The notes under the pieces were generated by a model. That model was given only the letters and a program-made list of their open reading frames with translations. It was not told the DNA's origin and ran no database searches. The translations under genes and the position numbers were made by a program. A DNA stretch of 64,000 nt from Phyllobates terribilis (Eukaryota). Position 1 is the first letter of the stretch; each line of letters begins with the position of its first letter. Location: positions 876,742,001-876,806,000 of the forward strand of contig NW_027362761.1 in assembly GCF_046119375.1 (NCBI RefSeq), in the 5' to 3' direction. Shown here piece after piece: positions 13,383-25,969 of this stretch.

Positions 13383-13876
13383 GGACCTTTTCAGTTTTGA
13401 AGTTACTTTGAGGGGCTTAAATAGTGGACAACCCCACAAAGTGATTAAATTTTAAAAACACCACTCAATGTATTTAAAACTGCTGTTTTGAAGTTTAAAA
13501 AACGTATAGTGGTTTTTTGTTGCACTTCCTTGTTTAATAAAGATGTTAGCTGTATTTCTATATGCAATTATAATATGCATGACAAACCATGCTTTTTGAG
13601 GTGTTTTCACTTACTTTTGGTGTATTTTAGGGCAACTACAGTAGTGTGTGTAACATACCTGGTGGCGGGCTTGCATAGTGCACCATCTCTCACTATGCAA
13701 GATCGCAAACTTGATCATCAGTCCAGTCTGCTAGCCTGGCTTCTTTCCATGCTGTCTGTTTGTCTCTGTTCTGACTGCTTAGGGCGGCGGCCCGGTTACT
13801 TCCTGATTCTTGTAGCTGCTGTGGGCACACCCCTAATGCGTCCTCAGCCTATTGCTGTTTGTCACTGGATATTTAA

Positions 13877-14149
13877 CCCTCCGTCAGGGGCAACTGATCT
13901 GACAGGCGCAGCTCACTTAGTTTAATTTCTCTATTTTCAGTGGTTTGTCTGGGAAACTCCCTCCTCCCAGTACCTTCCTAATTTTAAAGGCTGTGTGAAA
14001 GCCATTTATTACATTCCTATTAAGGTAACTGATCACTTTTAGAGCATTGAAATTTTAAAAAAAGGAAAATATAGCCAATTTTCTAGCCTGTGCCTGACAG
14101 GCGCAATGTCCCTAAACTCGTTATGAAACATATTGCCCCTGACGGAGGG
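13877..14149. mobile_element. 273-bp piggyBac-like MITE nested in solo LTR
   Basis: TTAA-CCCTCCGTCAGGGGCAA...TTGCCCCTGACGGAGGG-TTAA: 17-bp perfect TIR. Confidence 0.85.
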
Positions 14150-14794
14150 TTAAACCAGCTTCACTTGGAAGCTGATGCCTGAGCAACTTTAACATTCAGT
14201 GTGCTTCTAGACTCTGAATGTTCCAGGTCCTGTTCTGTTTTTCCCTGCTTGTCTGCCTTCCTGGAGGCAGTATTTCCAGGCCTGTCTGAATACGCTCCTA
14301 GCCTGTTCGTTTCTGCCTCTGGGGGCCGTATACCCAGGCTCGTTCCTGTATTTCGTTGCAGTAACGGTTCCTGTCTGAACTGTCTCCTAACCTGTTACCT
14401 GTTTTGTCCCTATGTCCGTTTCCTCCCTTTTGCTGCAGTGTCTGAACCAGCACTTGGTTTTACCTAGGCTCGTTCCTGTATTTAGTTGCAGTAACTGTTC
14501 CTGTCTGAACTGTCTCCTAACCTGTTACCTGTTTTGTCTCTGTGTCCGTTTCCTCTCTTTTTCTGCAGAGTCTGAACCTGCACCTAACTCCTACTCGTTG
14601 TCGCTGTACTTCTGTTTGTGAGTTTGGAGTCCACTCGCTACTTCTTTGCAAGTACCTTGTGTGTATCTGGTTCTGCTTTTCCCTTCCAGTCTGTTCCGCA
14701 TGAACAGAGCCCTGTCCCCTCTGCTCTGTCTTTGCTCACCGCTTTGGCGGTTTATCTCTGTTCTGCCTTACTTACCGCTCTGGCGATTTCTGTC

Positions 14795-15185
14795 CGCTCT
14801 GCTCAGCCTTGTCCACCGCACTTGCAGTTTCGCTCTGCTCAGCCTTGTCCACCGCATCTGCGGTTTCGCTCTGCTCAGCCCTGTCCACCGCACTTGCGGT
14901 TTCGCTCTGCTCTGCCTTGTCCACCGCACCTACGGTTTCGCTCTGCTTAGCCCTGTCCACCGCACTTGCGGTTTCGCTCTGCTTTGTCCACCGCATCTGC
15001 GGTTTCGCTCTGCACAGCCTTGTCCACCGCATTTGCGGTTTCGCTTTGCTCAGCCTTGTCCACCGCACTTGCGGTTTCGCTCTGCCTTGTCCACCGCATC
15101 TGCGGTTTCGCTCTGCTCAGCCCTGTCCACCGCACCTGCGGTTTCGCTCTGCTCAGCCTTGTCCACGCACCTGTGGTTTCGCTTT
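14795..15185 (+). repeat. 36-bp minisatellite (~11 copies) with internal hairpin
   Basis: Unit cttgcggtttcgctctgctcagccttgtccaccgca with shorter variants. It accounts for the repetitive ORFs (RFRSAQPCPPHL). Confidence 0.9.
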
Positions 15186-15971
15186 ACTCTGCTTGATTAC
15201 TGCATCTGCGGCTCTGAACCCGTCTCCTAGTCTGTACTGGACCCTACTCAGCCTGTGCTCTAACCTGCCTGTTCCTGTATTCCCCGGTGTGGGTCAACAG
15301 CCGTGTCCGGGGTCTGACCTGGAGTCGCACCTGGTCCCTCTGCTCGGTCCCTCCCTGGTGCACAGGCGTCGTATGCCGTCGTGCGACCTTGGTCGGATCG
15401 GGTAGATACTTAGGTACGCCCCTCCAGGCACTCTTCGGTTCATGGTCCAGTGGGATCACTAAACACGCACACGTCAGTCAGTCCGGGCATGTGCATAACA
15501 GTGTGTTTTTTTTTAAAGTGCATCATTTTGTATGGCATGCCATTTTTAATGCATTTTCCCATGAGCTTCTATGTAGGACTTAAAAAAAGCATTAAAAAGA
15601 CACATGTGAAAAATTTGTGAATAAAATATGACATGCAAATATGCTTGTAAAACATGTACGAAAACAGACAAAAAAAGCCTCAAAAACATTGTCCAATAGT
15701 TTTGTAGAATCATGTAATGACAATCACAATGTTTGTTACTTAACTATGGAGTTGGCTGGAGCTTCACCACTGACCCATGCTGTCTTGATTCATTGCCTAA
15801 CAACATAACTGTTGTTTTCTTGTCATATGTTGTCAATTAAAGCATAATTTATTTACCAACTTTTGTTCTATGATTCTTCTCAGTTATTTAACACATGCAA
15901 ACTTGGAAACAAAGAAATACAATGTAATGACTTCAGAAAACAAAGCTTGGTACATGTAGTCTGGTCCTTTA

Positions 15972-16833
15972 GGCTGAGTTCACACGATGCGTATTTAATG
16001 CGTTTCCGCGGCGTTTTTGCAGTTGCGTAAACGCCGCGGAAACGCATTAAAAACGCATGGTAGAAGGGCAACAATGTTCCCCAATTGAAATCCGCATGTG
16101 CTGTGCCCATGATGCCGATTTTTCCGCAGCGTAAACGCTGCGCTCAAAAATACGCAGCATGTCAATTAATTTTGCGGAAACGCGGCGTTTTCGCCGCCAT
16201 TGACTTGAATTAGAACGCGCCAATTCCGCAAGACTGCATCTGTACTTGTGTTATTGGCGCGTTCTAATGTGCGGATGGTACCCGGGTGTGGAGAAGATGA
16301 GACTCTCCTCCACACCCAGGTACCATTAAAAAAGCTGTAAAAAAAGAATAAAATAAAAAATAAATGTATATTTACCTTCTGTCGGCCCGCGCAGCGCTCC
16401 TTCTTGGTTCCCGGCACTTGCAGTGAGTTGTAGGACCTGCGCTGACGTCAGAGTCATGTGACGGGTCACGTGACGCTGACGTCGGCAGGTCTTTCAATTC
16501 AAAGTTGCCGGCAGCCGGGAGAACGGAGTGAGCAGGACAGCGCGGGCCATCGGAGGGTAAAGTATACATGTATTTTTTATTTTTACCATTCTCTCGGGTC
16601 ACACTATATAAATCCATGCTGGTTGCATGGATTTATATAGTGTGACCTAGTTGTCAAGTGATGCTAAAATCGCCTGGAAAGCACTTGTCAATCCACATGC
16701 GGAAACGCATGTGAATCCGCATGTATTCCGCAGGAAAAACGCATGCACAATCTGCATGCGTTTTTTCTGCCAGGGAGATGCAGAAATGATGCAGAAATTT
16801 TCTGCTTCATTTCTGCATCGTGTGCACATACCC
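15972..16833. mobile_element. PIF/Harbinger-type MITE rich in internal palindromes
   Basis: TTA-GGCTGAGTTCACACGA...TCGTGTGCACATACCC-TTA. Perfect 22-bp stem (15995-16016/16029-16050) and 23-bp stem (16597-16619/16625-16647). Confidence 0.75.
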
Positions 16834-18149
16834 TTATCTCACATTTTTCTCAATACACGCTATTTGTTTTGGGTATTTTTATGATTTTTTTCCCCATTTC
16901 AGCATCTCTGTCTTTCCCATGTCAGCATCACTGTGTTAATCACGTACACATATATACTCACTTACTGTGGAAGTTCAGAAATAAAATACTTTGTAAAATT
17001 CCTCTTAAAGCAGTCTGCATTTTCAGTAACACCACCATTAGAGTGTGTTCATTGGCTTTGTCTAGTACAGCAACTCATACCTATTCTAGTGAGTAAGGCG
17101 GTACTGCAACAACATACCCAGCCTATAGGCCAGAGTTCCTCTGTAGAAACGTTGTCAAGTCTCAAACAACTATTTTAATAGTTTGTAATCAATGTTTCTA
17201 ATTAAATAATGTGATTATGTGAACCCATCTTCTTATAGACACACTTCCCTGCTGAGCCAAGCTTTCAAGGTTTAAATCCTGTTGATCCTTTCTCCCTTTC
17301 ATTAGTGCTACAAATCAGTTCTTTCTCAATGGTTCTAAGTTCTGGACCTTGGACCTTATTTTTAATTGCCTCCATCTTGTCAATACGTCTTTGTGTTTTT
17401 AAGTCTTATTTAAATGTCCATGTAACATAGTCCTAACCTAAACTTGACACTGATATATCCTTCCCCTACCTACTATTCCCACTCTCCAAGAACACAGTAA
17501 CTGAGGTTCAAGCAACTACCACATTTTTCTTTCTACTTTGGGCAAATACTGCAGTCTAGTGCAAACAATTCTAAGTTTATTCCTTTACATTTGGAAATGG
17601 CATATTTAAAATAACTATGAAAATTAAATTCAAAATTTCTTCATTACAAGGTCAAGACCTCTATTTGAGTTCAAAAATAAACTTTTTTGCCTATTCAAGT
17701 AAAGCAGAAAAATTAGTCCCTTATCAATGCTTATACCCTTCAGTACATAGTGGAGTTGTAATTATTTTTTGTAAATTCTTTAAATGCAAATACTAAAATC
17801 TCAGTGCATTTCAAAACATCTTTCTGCAAAATATTTTTCATACCAATTCTTTCCATGTAACATCTGTCAGATGTCCTCATTCCTTCTCTGAAGTACACTG
17901 TCCAAAAATGGAATAAGGATTAGAAGTATCCGTCATATCACTAGGTTAAAATACAAGACAGAAACAAGCCAATCATGACTTTTACTTTCTGAAACTCTGT
18001 TTGCTTGATCGATTTTCATGGATCCTATCGAACAGTTGTTACATTTCAACCCTCATCCCAAGTGTTCATGTTACTTCCACCTGGCCAACTAAACACCAGC
18101 CTCAGATCTTGAGATGTGAAAAATTTGTGCAGCCCGCCTCTATATGAAG

Positions 18150-18790
18150 TACCTGAGCATTAATTATCTGAACAATTTCTACCACTCTACCTTTTATTAT
18201 GATAAATGGTTAAGCTACACATTATAGAACAAGACCAAAATAGAAAAAAACTCTTAAGAATAGCTGTCAAGTTCAAGTCCTACCAAATTGAAGAAGTAAA
18301 ACAAGTGGCAGCCACTACCACATCTCTAACTCTTGTGCATTTTGCTGATATACTGGCTCTTGAAATTGGACCTATAGATAAGGGATGTCCAAACTAGACA
18401 TTCCTTTTATGTCTTCCCCTAAAAATACTGTAGATGGAGGAGAATATGTACTTGGTTCATCTGCAAAACCAAAGCATAGCTTCTATTCAGCATACCTGTT
18501 AACAGATGTATTAGTTTCTCTACATACTATTTCATTGCTTTTTGATGGTCAGAACAGCATAGCTATTGAGTAAAATATAAAGGATGCTAAAAACCTGACA
18601 GATCTATTACATGCTAATGGGGGGAAAATATAAAAAATTATAATGGAAAATGACAAATCTAAGTAATGCCGTTGAGTAACCTGAAACTGCAGGCATATGG
18701 GAAGAAACTGGAGGGTTACTTCTTTATTACTGCAACCATTTGGGCAACAAATAGACCCTAGAGCAGGCTCATTGTGACACAGGCTCACCC
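18150..18790 (-). pseudogene. Possible very old L1 ORF2 C-terminal remnant
   Basis: Frameshifted minus-strand fragments resembling L1 motifs (RHYL; FSILYILLNS; YISKMHKS*RCG..HLFYFF). Many stops; weak. Confidence 0.25.
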
Positions 18791-19182
18791 GACAGACTAA
18801 AATTACTATACTTTGGCACTACAACTAGCTGTGTATCAAGGTTGTGGCCCCTATTCATTAAGACTGGTGTTGTACAAGCCAGTCTTAATTAAGAGGCATG
18901 GTTGATTTAGAGGCGCCTGATTAATTTAATGAATCAGACACATCTTACAAGTGGTGGGGGCCTTGCCAGACAGAGACTATAGTAAGATTCGTGGTGCAAG
19001 GCATGTCATGTCTGACCATAAATAAGACAGGTGGCCACCTTCATGCCCCCGGCCCTACCCATGATCCACCCACTTTGGCTGTGCTGACTGAGATTGGCGA
19101 GAAAACATCAAAAGTTGAAAAACATTTTACCACTTTTCAAAACGGTTTTATGCCACTGGCATAAACATTTTGATGTGTAGGC

Positions 19183-19973
19183 TGTAGGGTCGGCGTCCGT
19201 GCCTCCTGCTAGGCAGAGACGCCGTTCCTCTCACCTCCCTGCTCCGTCCTCGGCGCCCTCTTCCCGCGCTACTGGCAGCGCTCGCCGCTTCCCGGGCACT
19301 GTGCTTAGGGCGTGCGCGCTCCCTCTCTCTTAAAGGGGCCGCGCGCGCCGTCCTGAGGAGACCCCGGCCAATTGCCGGTGGAGCTCCCATATATAAGGCA
19401 CCTCCTCCAAAACGGAGGTGCCCGAGCAAAGTTGTTGCAAAGCCTTTCACCTCTGCTTCAGCCCTCAGGTCACGTTGCCAGTCTGCTGTCCAGCTCTGTC
19501 TACCTGCTTGCATTCCTGCGGTGCAACAGTCTGTCTACCTACGTTCGCCAGTCTGTCTATGGACTAGTCCGCCGGCGGATCAGGAAGCACCTGCCTGAGA
19601 CCACCTGCCTGAGACCACCTGCCAGCCAGCCGAGAGACTCTTACCCGCTCACCTGGGAGCGCTCTCCTGCTACCCACCTGCTAGCCTACCTGGAGGCTCT
19701 GCCGTCACTTGCCGTGACCACCTGCCTGTCTAGAGACTCTTACCCTGCTGTCACTTGCCGTGCCCACCCGCCTGTCAAGAGACTGTTCCCGTCACTTGCC
19801 GTGACCTGCTGCCCAGAGACGTTTTCCGTCACTTGCCTTGACCTCCTGCCCAGAGACTGTTCCTGTCACTTGCCATGACTACCTGCCCGCCTTCCCTGGG
19901 AGCCACCCGCTTCCTTACAAGGACAGCCCCTTTGTATAGTAGCTCAGAGGTTCCACCTCCCAGACCCGTTACA
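19183..19973 (+). mobile_element. Solo LTR (791 bp) with 5-bp TSD
   Basis: TAGGC-TGTAGGGTC...GACCCGTTACA-TAGGC. TATA-like atataagg at ~19390. Internal gtcacttgccgtgacc repeats. Confidence 0.85.
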
Positions 19974-20624
19974 TAGGCCCCTGCCTCATTTTTATCCTAA
20001 ATGAAAGGGCTAGGCACCGTCACATGTAAAAACAATATTACCTGACATAATCTTGGGTTGTGGGAAGAACAAGTTTTTGTATGGTATGAGAAGCAGACAG
20101 AAGGTGGTCTGCACTAAAAGAATCGGTATTGCTGTTGTTCCATGTTGATAATGTTGAAACATAACAAATGAATCAGAACATTGTACTGTGCATCCAGATA
20201 ACACTCCATAGATAGACGCTACAATAACAAGACTTAATCCTTACAACTGCTAGAGGCCTCCTTTTCTAAGCTCCTAAATGGATACAGTGAGACTAAAAAT
20301 CCAGGGCAACAATTTAACAAAATATAATTGTTAGGTTCTAGAAAAGCAGAACTTATAGTAATGCCATAACTAAACAAAACAGAACGTAAGCCTGATAAAA
20401 AGTAGTAGAGGAAGCCTTTAGGAATAATGCTGGCTTTGTTCTGTGGCGCCTGAAATCTGACCAATCCCCAATAGTAACCAGTATGATAAAACACTCACTA
20501 GGATGTTTTCCTCCACTACTTGTGGGACTTAGAGGGTTCTTTGATAAACCACACACAAAGAAATACTACTACACTTTTCAGTATTTGCTATCATAGAGGA
20601 AATATGAGAGAAACATCCACTGTG

Positions 20625-20769
20625 NNNNNNNNNNNNNNNNNNNNNNNNNNNNNNNNNNNNNNNNNNNNNNNNNNNNNNNNNNNNNNNNNNNNNNNNNNNN
20701 NNNNNNNNNNNNNNNNNNNNNNNNNNNNNNNNNNNNNNNNNNNNNNNNNNNNNNNNNNNNNNNNNNNNN
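20625..20769. other. Assembly gap (145 N)
   Basis: Run of n in the sequence. Confidence 1.
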
Positions 20770-22555
20770 GAAAGTATGCATGTATATATACACACACATA
20801 CATACATATTTATACAAAGATAAAGATTTAGAAAGGTATGGAAAAAAAATGCTGTTAATTAAGAATGCTATCAAAAATAGAAATGTTGATTTATTTTATA
20901 AAAATTATTAAAATGCAAATTGAAGAAAAAGAGAAATCAAAACTATATTTGCATTTGGAAGAGCAGAAATTGCTGAATTTGTTTTGAGCGGCGAGGAGCC
21001 ATAGCGCTTTTCCAGAGCCTTTGCGTTACCAGTAACATGAAGCCCCTATATTTCCATTGACAGATGACGCACCTGAGTGGGGGCTTTTTTTGTGTATTGA
21101 TTTGAAGATTTTATTAGGAACACTTTACATAACATTTTGGATCACATTTATCCGGCGCTGTGCGCTGAGCACATATATCGGGTTTCCATCTAAATCTCCG
21201 AGTGACGTGATTCAGATAAAACCTCAGAGGGATCCATTCACTATAATGAGGCAGCAGAGTTACTTTGGACTCCGTCTGGCCTCTGTTCAGCATTACCCTT
21301 TTCAGAAGAGCACAAAACTGTGGCCGACGGCACAGTAAAAAGACGGACACTGCCGGATCACAGGTCAGGTGCATCCACAGTGCCTCCATCTGTCTTATTA
21401 TAGGGAATCTTCTGACGGGGGTTCTGCCTGAATCACATATTTCAGAGATTTACATGGAAACCCTGGTGTAAGTGCTCAGTGCAGAGCGCAGGATAAATGT
21501 GAACCGAGCCTCACTGCGATCTTTGAGAGGCAGAATGAATAAATCAACGGCAGGTCAAGAATTGTTTTTTTTTATTTTTTACGCCGTTTCTCATGTGGTA
21601 TAAGTGATTAGATGATTTTATTGGTACCATTTTCGGGCATGTGACATTTTTTGATTGCTTTCTATTCTGATTTTTTGGAGGCAGCATGAACAAAAAACAG
21701 CAATTCAGAAATTGTTTTTTTTTTTATTCCGTTCCATGTGTGGTAAAATTGATAAGTCAGCTTTATTCTTCAGGTCAGTATTTTTATTACATTTGTCTTT
21801 TTAGTTTTATTCCATTTTTTGTTCGGTGGTATCATGATAAAGCATCATTCTTTGGTTGGTTTTCTATTTATTTATTTTTTTACGCTGTTCACTGAAGGGG
21901 TTAACTAGTGGGACGTTTGTATAGGTCGGGTTGTTCCGGACGTGGCGATACCAAATATGTGTACTTTTCTGGTTTATTTTTTCCAGAAAAATATTTATTT
22001 ATGGGAACAACGTATTTTTATTTTTTTTTATTATTTTGTGATTTTTTTTAAAGATTTTTTACAATTGTTTTTCACTTTTTCTTACTTTTATACTATGTCC
22101 CACTATGGAACATTTTTTCAGCCTGATCGCTTATAAAGCATAGGGATGCAGCAGCATTCCTATGCCTTATAAACTATCAGTGCTGCACTGACACACAAAG
22201 TTGCTAGATCATGCACTGTGCATGATCTAGCAAATGTGCTAGCTCTGGTGACCCGGATGTCGGCTGACCATGGCAACGATCGGAGCCCCGCGATGACGTT
22301 GCGGGGTCTCCAATCCAAGGGCAGAGGGGCTTTCTTCCCTCTGCCTGCATGCTGAATACTTCGATCGCAGCATTTAGTGGGTTACAGTGCCGGGGGTGGT
22401 GTGGGCACCGCTCCTGGCACTGTGTCCTGGGTGTCAGCTGTCAGAATCAGCTGACACCCAGTGGCGATCACCCATGCACAGCCCTCTGCGCGGGCAATCG
22501 CCATGACATATATAATGCATTGGTCATGAATTCCTTCTTGACAATGATGTATATA

Positions 22556-25500
22556 AGATAAGATAAGATAAGATAAGATAAGATATACTTTATTTATCCC
22601 GGAGGAAATTGCGGTATCACAGCAGCAGAACACAGATCTCGAACATGACACATAACATTTGGAATGCTTTAGACATTGCTTTTCAGACATTTGTTAAACA
22701 CCCCCATAGCTGTTGGAACAAACGATCTCCTGTATTTTTCCTTTTTACACCTTAGTTGTATTAGGCGATTGCTGAATGTGCTCTTCTGTTTCGCAAACAG
22801 TTCATAAAGCGGGTGTGTGTTGTTGCCCATTATAGCTCTGCACTTCTTCTTAATCCTATCCTCTACCACCTCTTCAAAAGTCCCAAGCTGTAGGCCCACC
22901 GTCGCGCTAGCCTTCTTTATAAGTTTGTTGAGCTTGTTGGCGTCAGCAACACGCACACTGTTACCCCAGCAAATTATTGCCGCAAAGGTGGCACTAGCCA
23001 CAATGGATTGGTAGAACACCTCAAGCATTTTGCCACACACATTAAAAGACCTTAACTTCCTTAGGAAGTACAATCTACTCATCCCCTTCTTGTAGACCTT
23101 CTCCATGTGGCACTTCCAGTCTAGCTTGCTATCCAGGTAAACCCCCAAATATTTGAAACTGTCCACCATCTCCACATCCTGACCGTCAATGGTAACAGGT
23201 AGGCATACCTTCTTGCACCTTCCATAGCTCATCACCAACTCCCTGGTTTTCTTAACATTTAGTTCTAGATGGTTAGCCTGGCACCATACTACAAAGTCCG
23301 CAACTACCCTTCTATATTCCTCTTCATCCTGGTCCTTCCCAATACCGCCAACTATCACAGAGTCATCCGAGTACTTCTGGAGGTGACAACGGTCTGATTT
23401 ATACTGAAAGTCAGCTGTGTACAATGTAAAGAGGAATGGCGACAGCACTGTTCCCTGCGGGGCTCCGACACTGCTCAGTACACTATCTGATGTAGCCGTC
23501 CCCCACCTAACAAACTGTGGCCTATCCGACAGGTAGTCAATTATCCAATTCACAAGTCCCTCATCCACCGCCATTTTAATCAACTTTCCACACAGTAAGA
23601 GTGGCTGTAATGTGTTGAACGCACTAGAGAAATCAAAGAACAAAGCACGCACTGTGGTTCCATCATTGTCCAAAAAGGAATGTACTGTTTGTAGCAGAGA
23701 CGCTACAGCATCGTCCACCCCCAGTCCCTGCCGGTACGCAAACTGAAGAGCATCAGTATACGCCATCACCCTCGGACACAAGTGAGCAAGTACTATTCTC
23801 TCCAAGGACTTCATCGCATGCGATGTTAAGGCCACCGGTCTATAGTCCCCCGGGGAAGCCGGGAAGGTAGTCTTGGGAACCGGCACCAGGCAGGAAGTCT
23901 TCCATAGCACTGGTACTCTCTTTGATTGTAAGCTCTGGTTAAAGAGATGCTGGAAGACAGTACACAACTCATTTGCACACACTCTGAGGACACGTGGACT
24001 GAGACCGTCAGGCCCTGCTGCTTTGCCAATGGCCAGCTTACTAAACTGGTCCCTCACGTCATTTTTGGAGACCGAGAAATGATCTATTTCACCCCCTGTT
24101 AATTTAGCTAGTTGTTCCCCGGCCTCCTCCCCCTTCCCTGCTGCTACCGCACCTTTATTGCTGAATCTATTGAAGAACTCATTCATTTCATTAGCCATTC
24201 TAAGTCCACCACCCCCCTGCTCCGACCTTGCCTTAAACCCAGTCACTAGCTTCATTCCAGCCCACACCTCTCTGGAGCTTTTTTGTGCAAATTGATTTTC
24301 TAATTTAACTCTGAATGCCTCACGGGCAATCTTAATTTTCCCCTTTAGGTCTCGCTGTATAATTTTCAATGCCTCCTTGTCCTTCCTTTTAAAAGCCAGT
24401 TTTTTCATGTTTAGTAAATGTTTCAACTCTTTTGTAATCCATGGCTTATTGTTTGCATAACACCGAATCTCTTGAACAGGTACTACTATGTCCATACAGA
24501 AGTTGATGTAATCAGTAACTCTGCCAGTAATCTCATTAACATCACAATTCTCTTTCATGGTACACAACACCTCCCAGTCTGTACAATCAAAGCAGTCTTG
24601 TAACGCCTCCTCTGCTGCTGGACACCACTTCCTTATCTTTTTAATTGTCACTTGTTGTTTGCGGACGTCTGGTTGGTAAGCAGGAGACAATAGTATGAGG
24701 TTGTGGTCAGATTTCCCCAGGGGGGGTAATGCAGCCGATGAATAAGCATTCTTAACATTAGCAAAGAGGAGATCCAGTGTGTTGTTGTCCCGTGTAGGAC
24801 ATTTGACATATTGATAGAACTTTGGTATTGCAGATGAGATCTTTACTCGATTGAAATCCCCAGAAATTACAGTTAGAGAGTTTGGGTGTTTAGTCTGAAG
24901 CCGGGCCATCACCCCTGACAACACATCCCCAGCAGCCTCTGGGTTCGCAGATGGTGGTATATACATCACAACTACAATAACAAGAGTGAATTCTCTAGGC
25001 AGATAGTAAGGCCTGAGGCCCACTGCTAACAGTTCAATATTTGGACAGCAATGTTTCTCCTTAACAGTTACATGCCCCTGATTGCACCATCTGTTGTTAA
25101 TGTAGAGTATCATTCCTCCACCTTTTTTCTTGCCGCATCTAACTCTCTCTCTATCAGCCCGAACCATTTGAAACCCTGGTACCGAGACACATGAATCTGG
25201 GACCTCCTCATGCAGCCAGGTTTCTGTAAAGCACATGAGACTGCATTCCCTAAACTCCTTCTGGGTCTTACTCAGAGCCAGCAGTTCATCCGACTTATTT
25301 CCCAGCGATCGTACGTTACCCATGATAATGGATGGGACCACTGGTTTAAACCTTCTCCTCCAGGACTTGATCTTCTTGCCTGCTCTGCAGCCTCTGAAAG
25401 GTCTCCTTATTTCCCGTGGAACATTCAGTATTGCCACTGCTGGAGAAGACTTTATCCTGCGCAGTTCCAGAAGACGATCCCTAGAATACACTGCTCGTTT

Positions 25501-25931
25501 AGCAACAGACCTAGGGTCCACCATCCCGTCATTGTTTCCACCCGTCACACCAGTCCTCTCCATGGCAGATCGTATGCAGTGACCTCCACCGCTCACATAT
25601 GGCTGTATCCCTGTCACAGGCTGTGGGTAGCAGCATGCATCCTTCAGTAGCATTAGCTGAGATGGTCCGTATTGCGTGCCCCAGAGTGTCTGTACCTGCA
25701 GGAGACTTGTAAGTGGTGGAAGAAGATCCAGGTGCAGATCTCGTGCTGTGTGCCCAGCAGCAGTTGATAGTGTGGGAAGTGTTGTATCTTCCATCCCCAA
25801 TAGACGAGTATACAGGAACGTTGCAATCCAGAGAAGGTAATAAAATAATAAAATAAAATAACTAACAAAACTGTAACTGAAATAAAGTAGAAGCTTCTGC
25901 TGCTGCAATGGGCTGCCAGTAGTCCGGCGCC
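22556..25931 (-). mobile_element. Full-length Rex1/Babar-type LINE
   Basis: 3' end AATAAAGTA(TATCT)6. Putative TSD GTATATA at 22549-55 and 25932-38. One uninterrupted ORF. Confidence 0.9.
22669..25908 (-). CDS. APE endonuclease-reverse transcriptase polyprotein of the LINE (true start uncertain, possibly a downstream Met)
   Basis: APE motifs GNVRSL, FTETWL, SGDFN, LDLLF, SDHN. RT motifs YRPVALTS, QFAY, FDFSSAFNT, GAPQGTVLSP, YSDD, KYLGV. C-terminal RLYFLRKLRSFNV (DUF1891-like). No stops over 1079 codons. Confidence 0.92.
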   Translation of the reverse strand: MQQQKLLLYFSYSFVSYFILLFYYLLWIATFLYTRLLGMEDTTLPTLSTAAGHTARDLHLDLLPPLTSLLQVQTLWGTQYGPSQLMLLKDACCYPQPVTGIQPYVSGGGHCIRSAMERTGVTGGNNDGMVDPRSVAKRAVYSRDRLLELRRIKSSPAVAILNVPREIRRPFRGCRAGKKIKSWRRRFKPVVPSIIMGNVRSLGNKSDELLALSKTQKEFRECSLMCFTETWLHEEVPDSCVSVPGFQMVRADRERVRCGKKKGGGMILYINNRWCNQGHVTVKEKHCCPNIELLAVGLRPYYLPREFTLVIVVVMYIPPSANPEAAGDVLSGVMARLQTKHPNSLTVISGDFNRVKISSAIPKFYQYVKCPTRDNNTLDLLFANVKNAYSSAALPPLGKSDHNLILLSPAYQPDVRKQQVTIKKIRKWCPAAEEALQDCFDCTDWEVLCTMKENCDVNEITGRVTDYINFCMDIVVPVQEIRCYANNKPWITKELKHLLNMKKLAFKRKDKEALKIIQRDLKGKIKIAREAFRVKLENQFAQKSSREVWAGMKLVTGFKARSEQGGGGLRMANEMNEFFNRFSNKGAVAAGKGEEAGEQLAKLTGGEIDHFSVSKNDVRDQFSKLAIGKAAGPDGLSPRVLRVCANELCTVFQHLFNQSLQSKRVPVLWKTSCLVPVPKTTFPASPGDYRPVALTSHAMKSLERIVLAHLCPRVMAYTDALQFAYRQGLGVDDAVASLLQTVHSFLDNDGTTVRALFFDFSSAFNTLQPLLLCGKLIKMAVDEGLVNWIIDYLSDRPQFVRWGTATSDSVLSSVGAPQGTVLSPFLFTLYTADFQYKSDRCHLQKYSDDSVIVGGIGKDQDEEEYRRVVADFVVWCQANHLELNVKKTRELVMSYGRCKKVCLPVTIDGQDVEMVDSFKYLGVYLDSKLDWKCHMEKVYKKGMSRLYFLRKLRSFNVCGKMLEVFYQSIVASATFAAIICWGNSVRVADANKLNKLIKKASATVGLQLGTFEEVVEDRIKKKCRAIMGNNTHPLYELFAKQKSTFSNRLIQLRCKKEKYRRSFVPTAMGVFNKCLKSNV

Positions 25932-25969
25932 GTATATACCAGAGTATATACAGTCATATGAAATATATA

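Larger units (their letters stand above)
13649..15500 (+). mobile_element. Solo LTR (~1.85 kb) with 5-bp TSD
   Basis: GTGTG-TGTAAC...ATAACA-GTGTG (TSD 13644-48 and 15501-05). Contains a MITE, a ~128-bp duplication (14330-14585) and a 36-bp minisatellite. Confidence 0.8.

Noticed and set aside
14795-15185. Hammerhead-ribozyme-like core on the minus strand of the 36-bp unit (CUGAGCA-GAGC-GAAA-CCGC-AAGU-GCGG-UG)
   Set aside because: Stem III forms, but conserved G8 is C, the cleavage-site base is G (violates NUH) and no stem I pairing exists. Likely coincidence.
14646-15405. Overlapping repetitive ORFs in several frames
   Set aside because: Arise from the 36-bp minisatellite in a solo LTR.
16966-17140. 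Minus-strand segment bounded by a good acceptor (tttctacAG) and donor (GTAAGT)
   Set aside because: All three frames contain stops and no protein is recognisable. It could be a non-coding exon but nothing supports that.
20520-20874. ORFs with long X runs
   Set aside because: Artefacts of the N gap.
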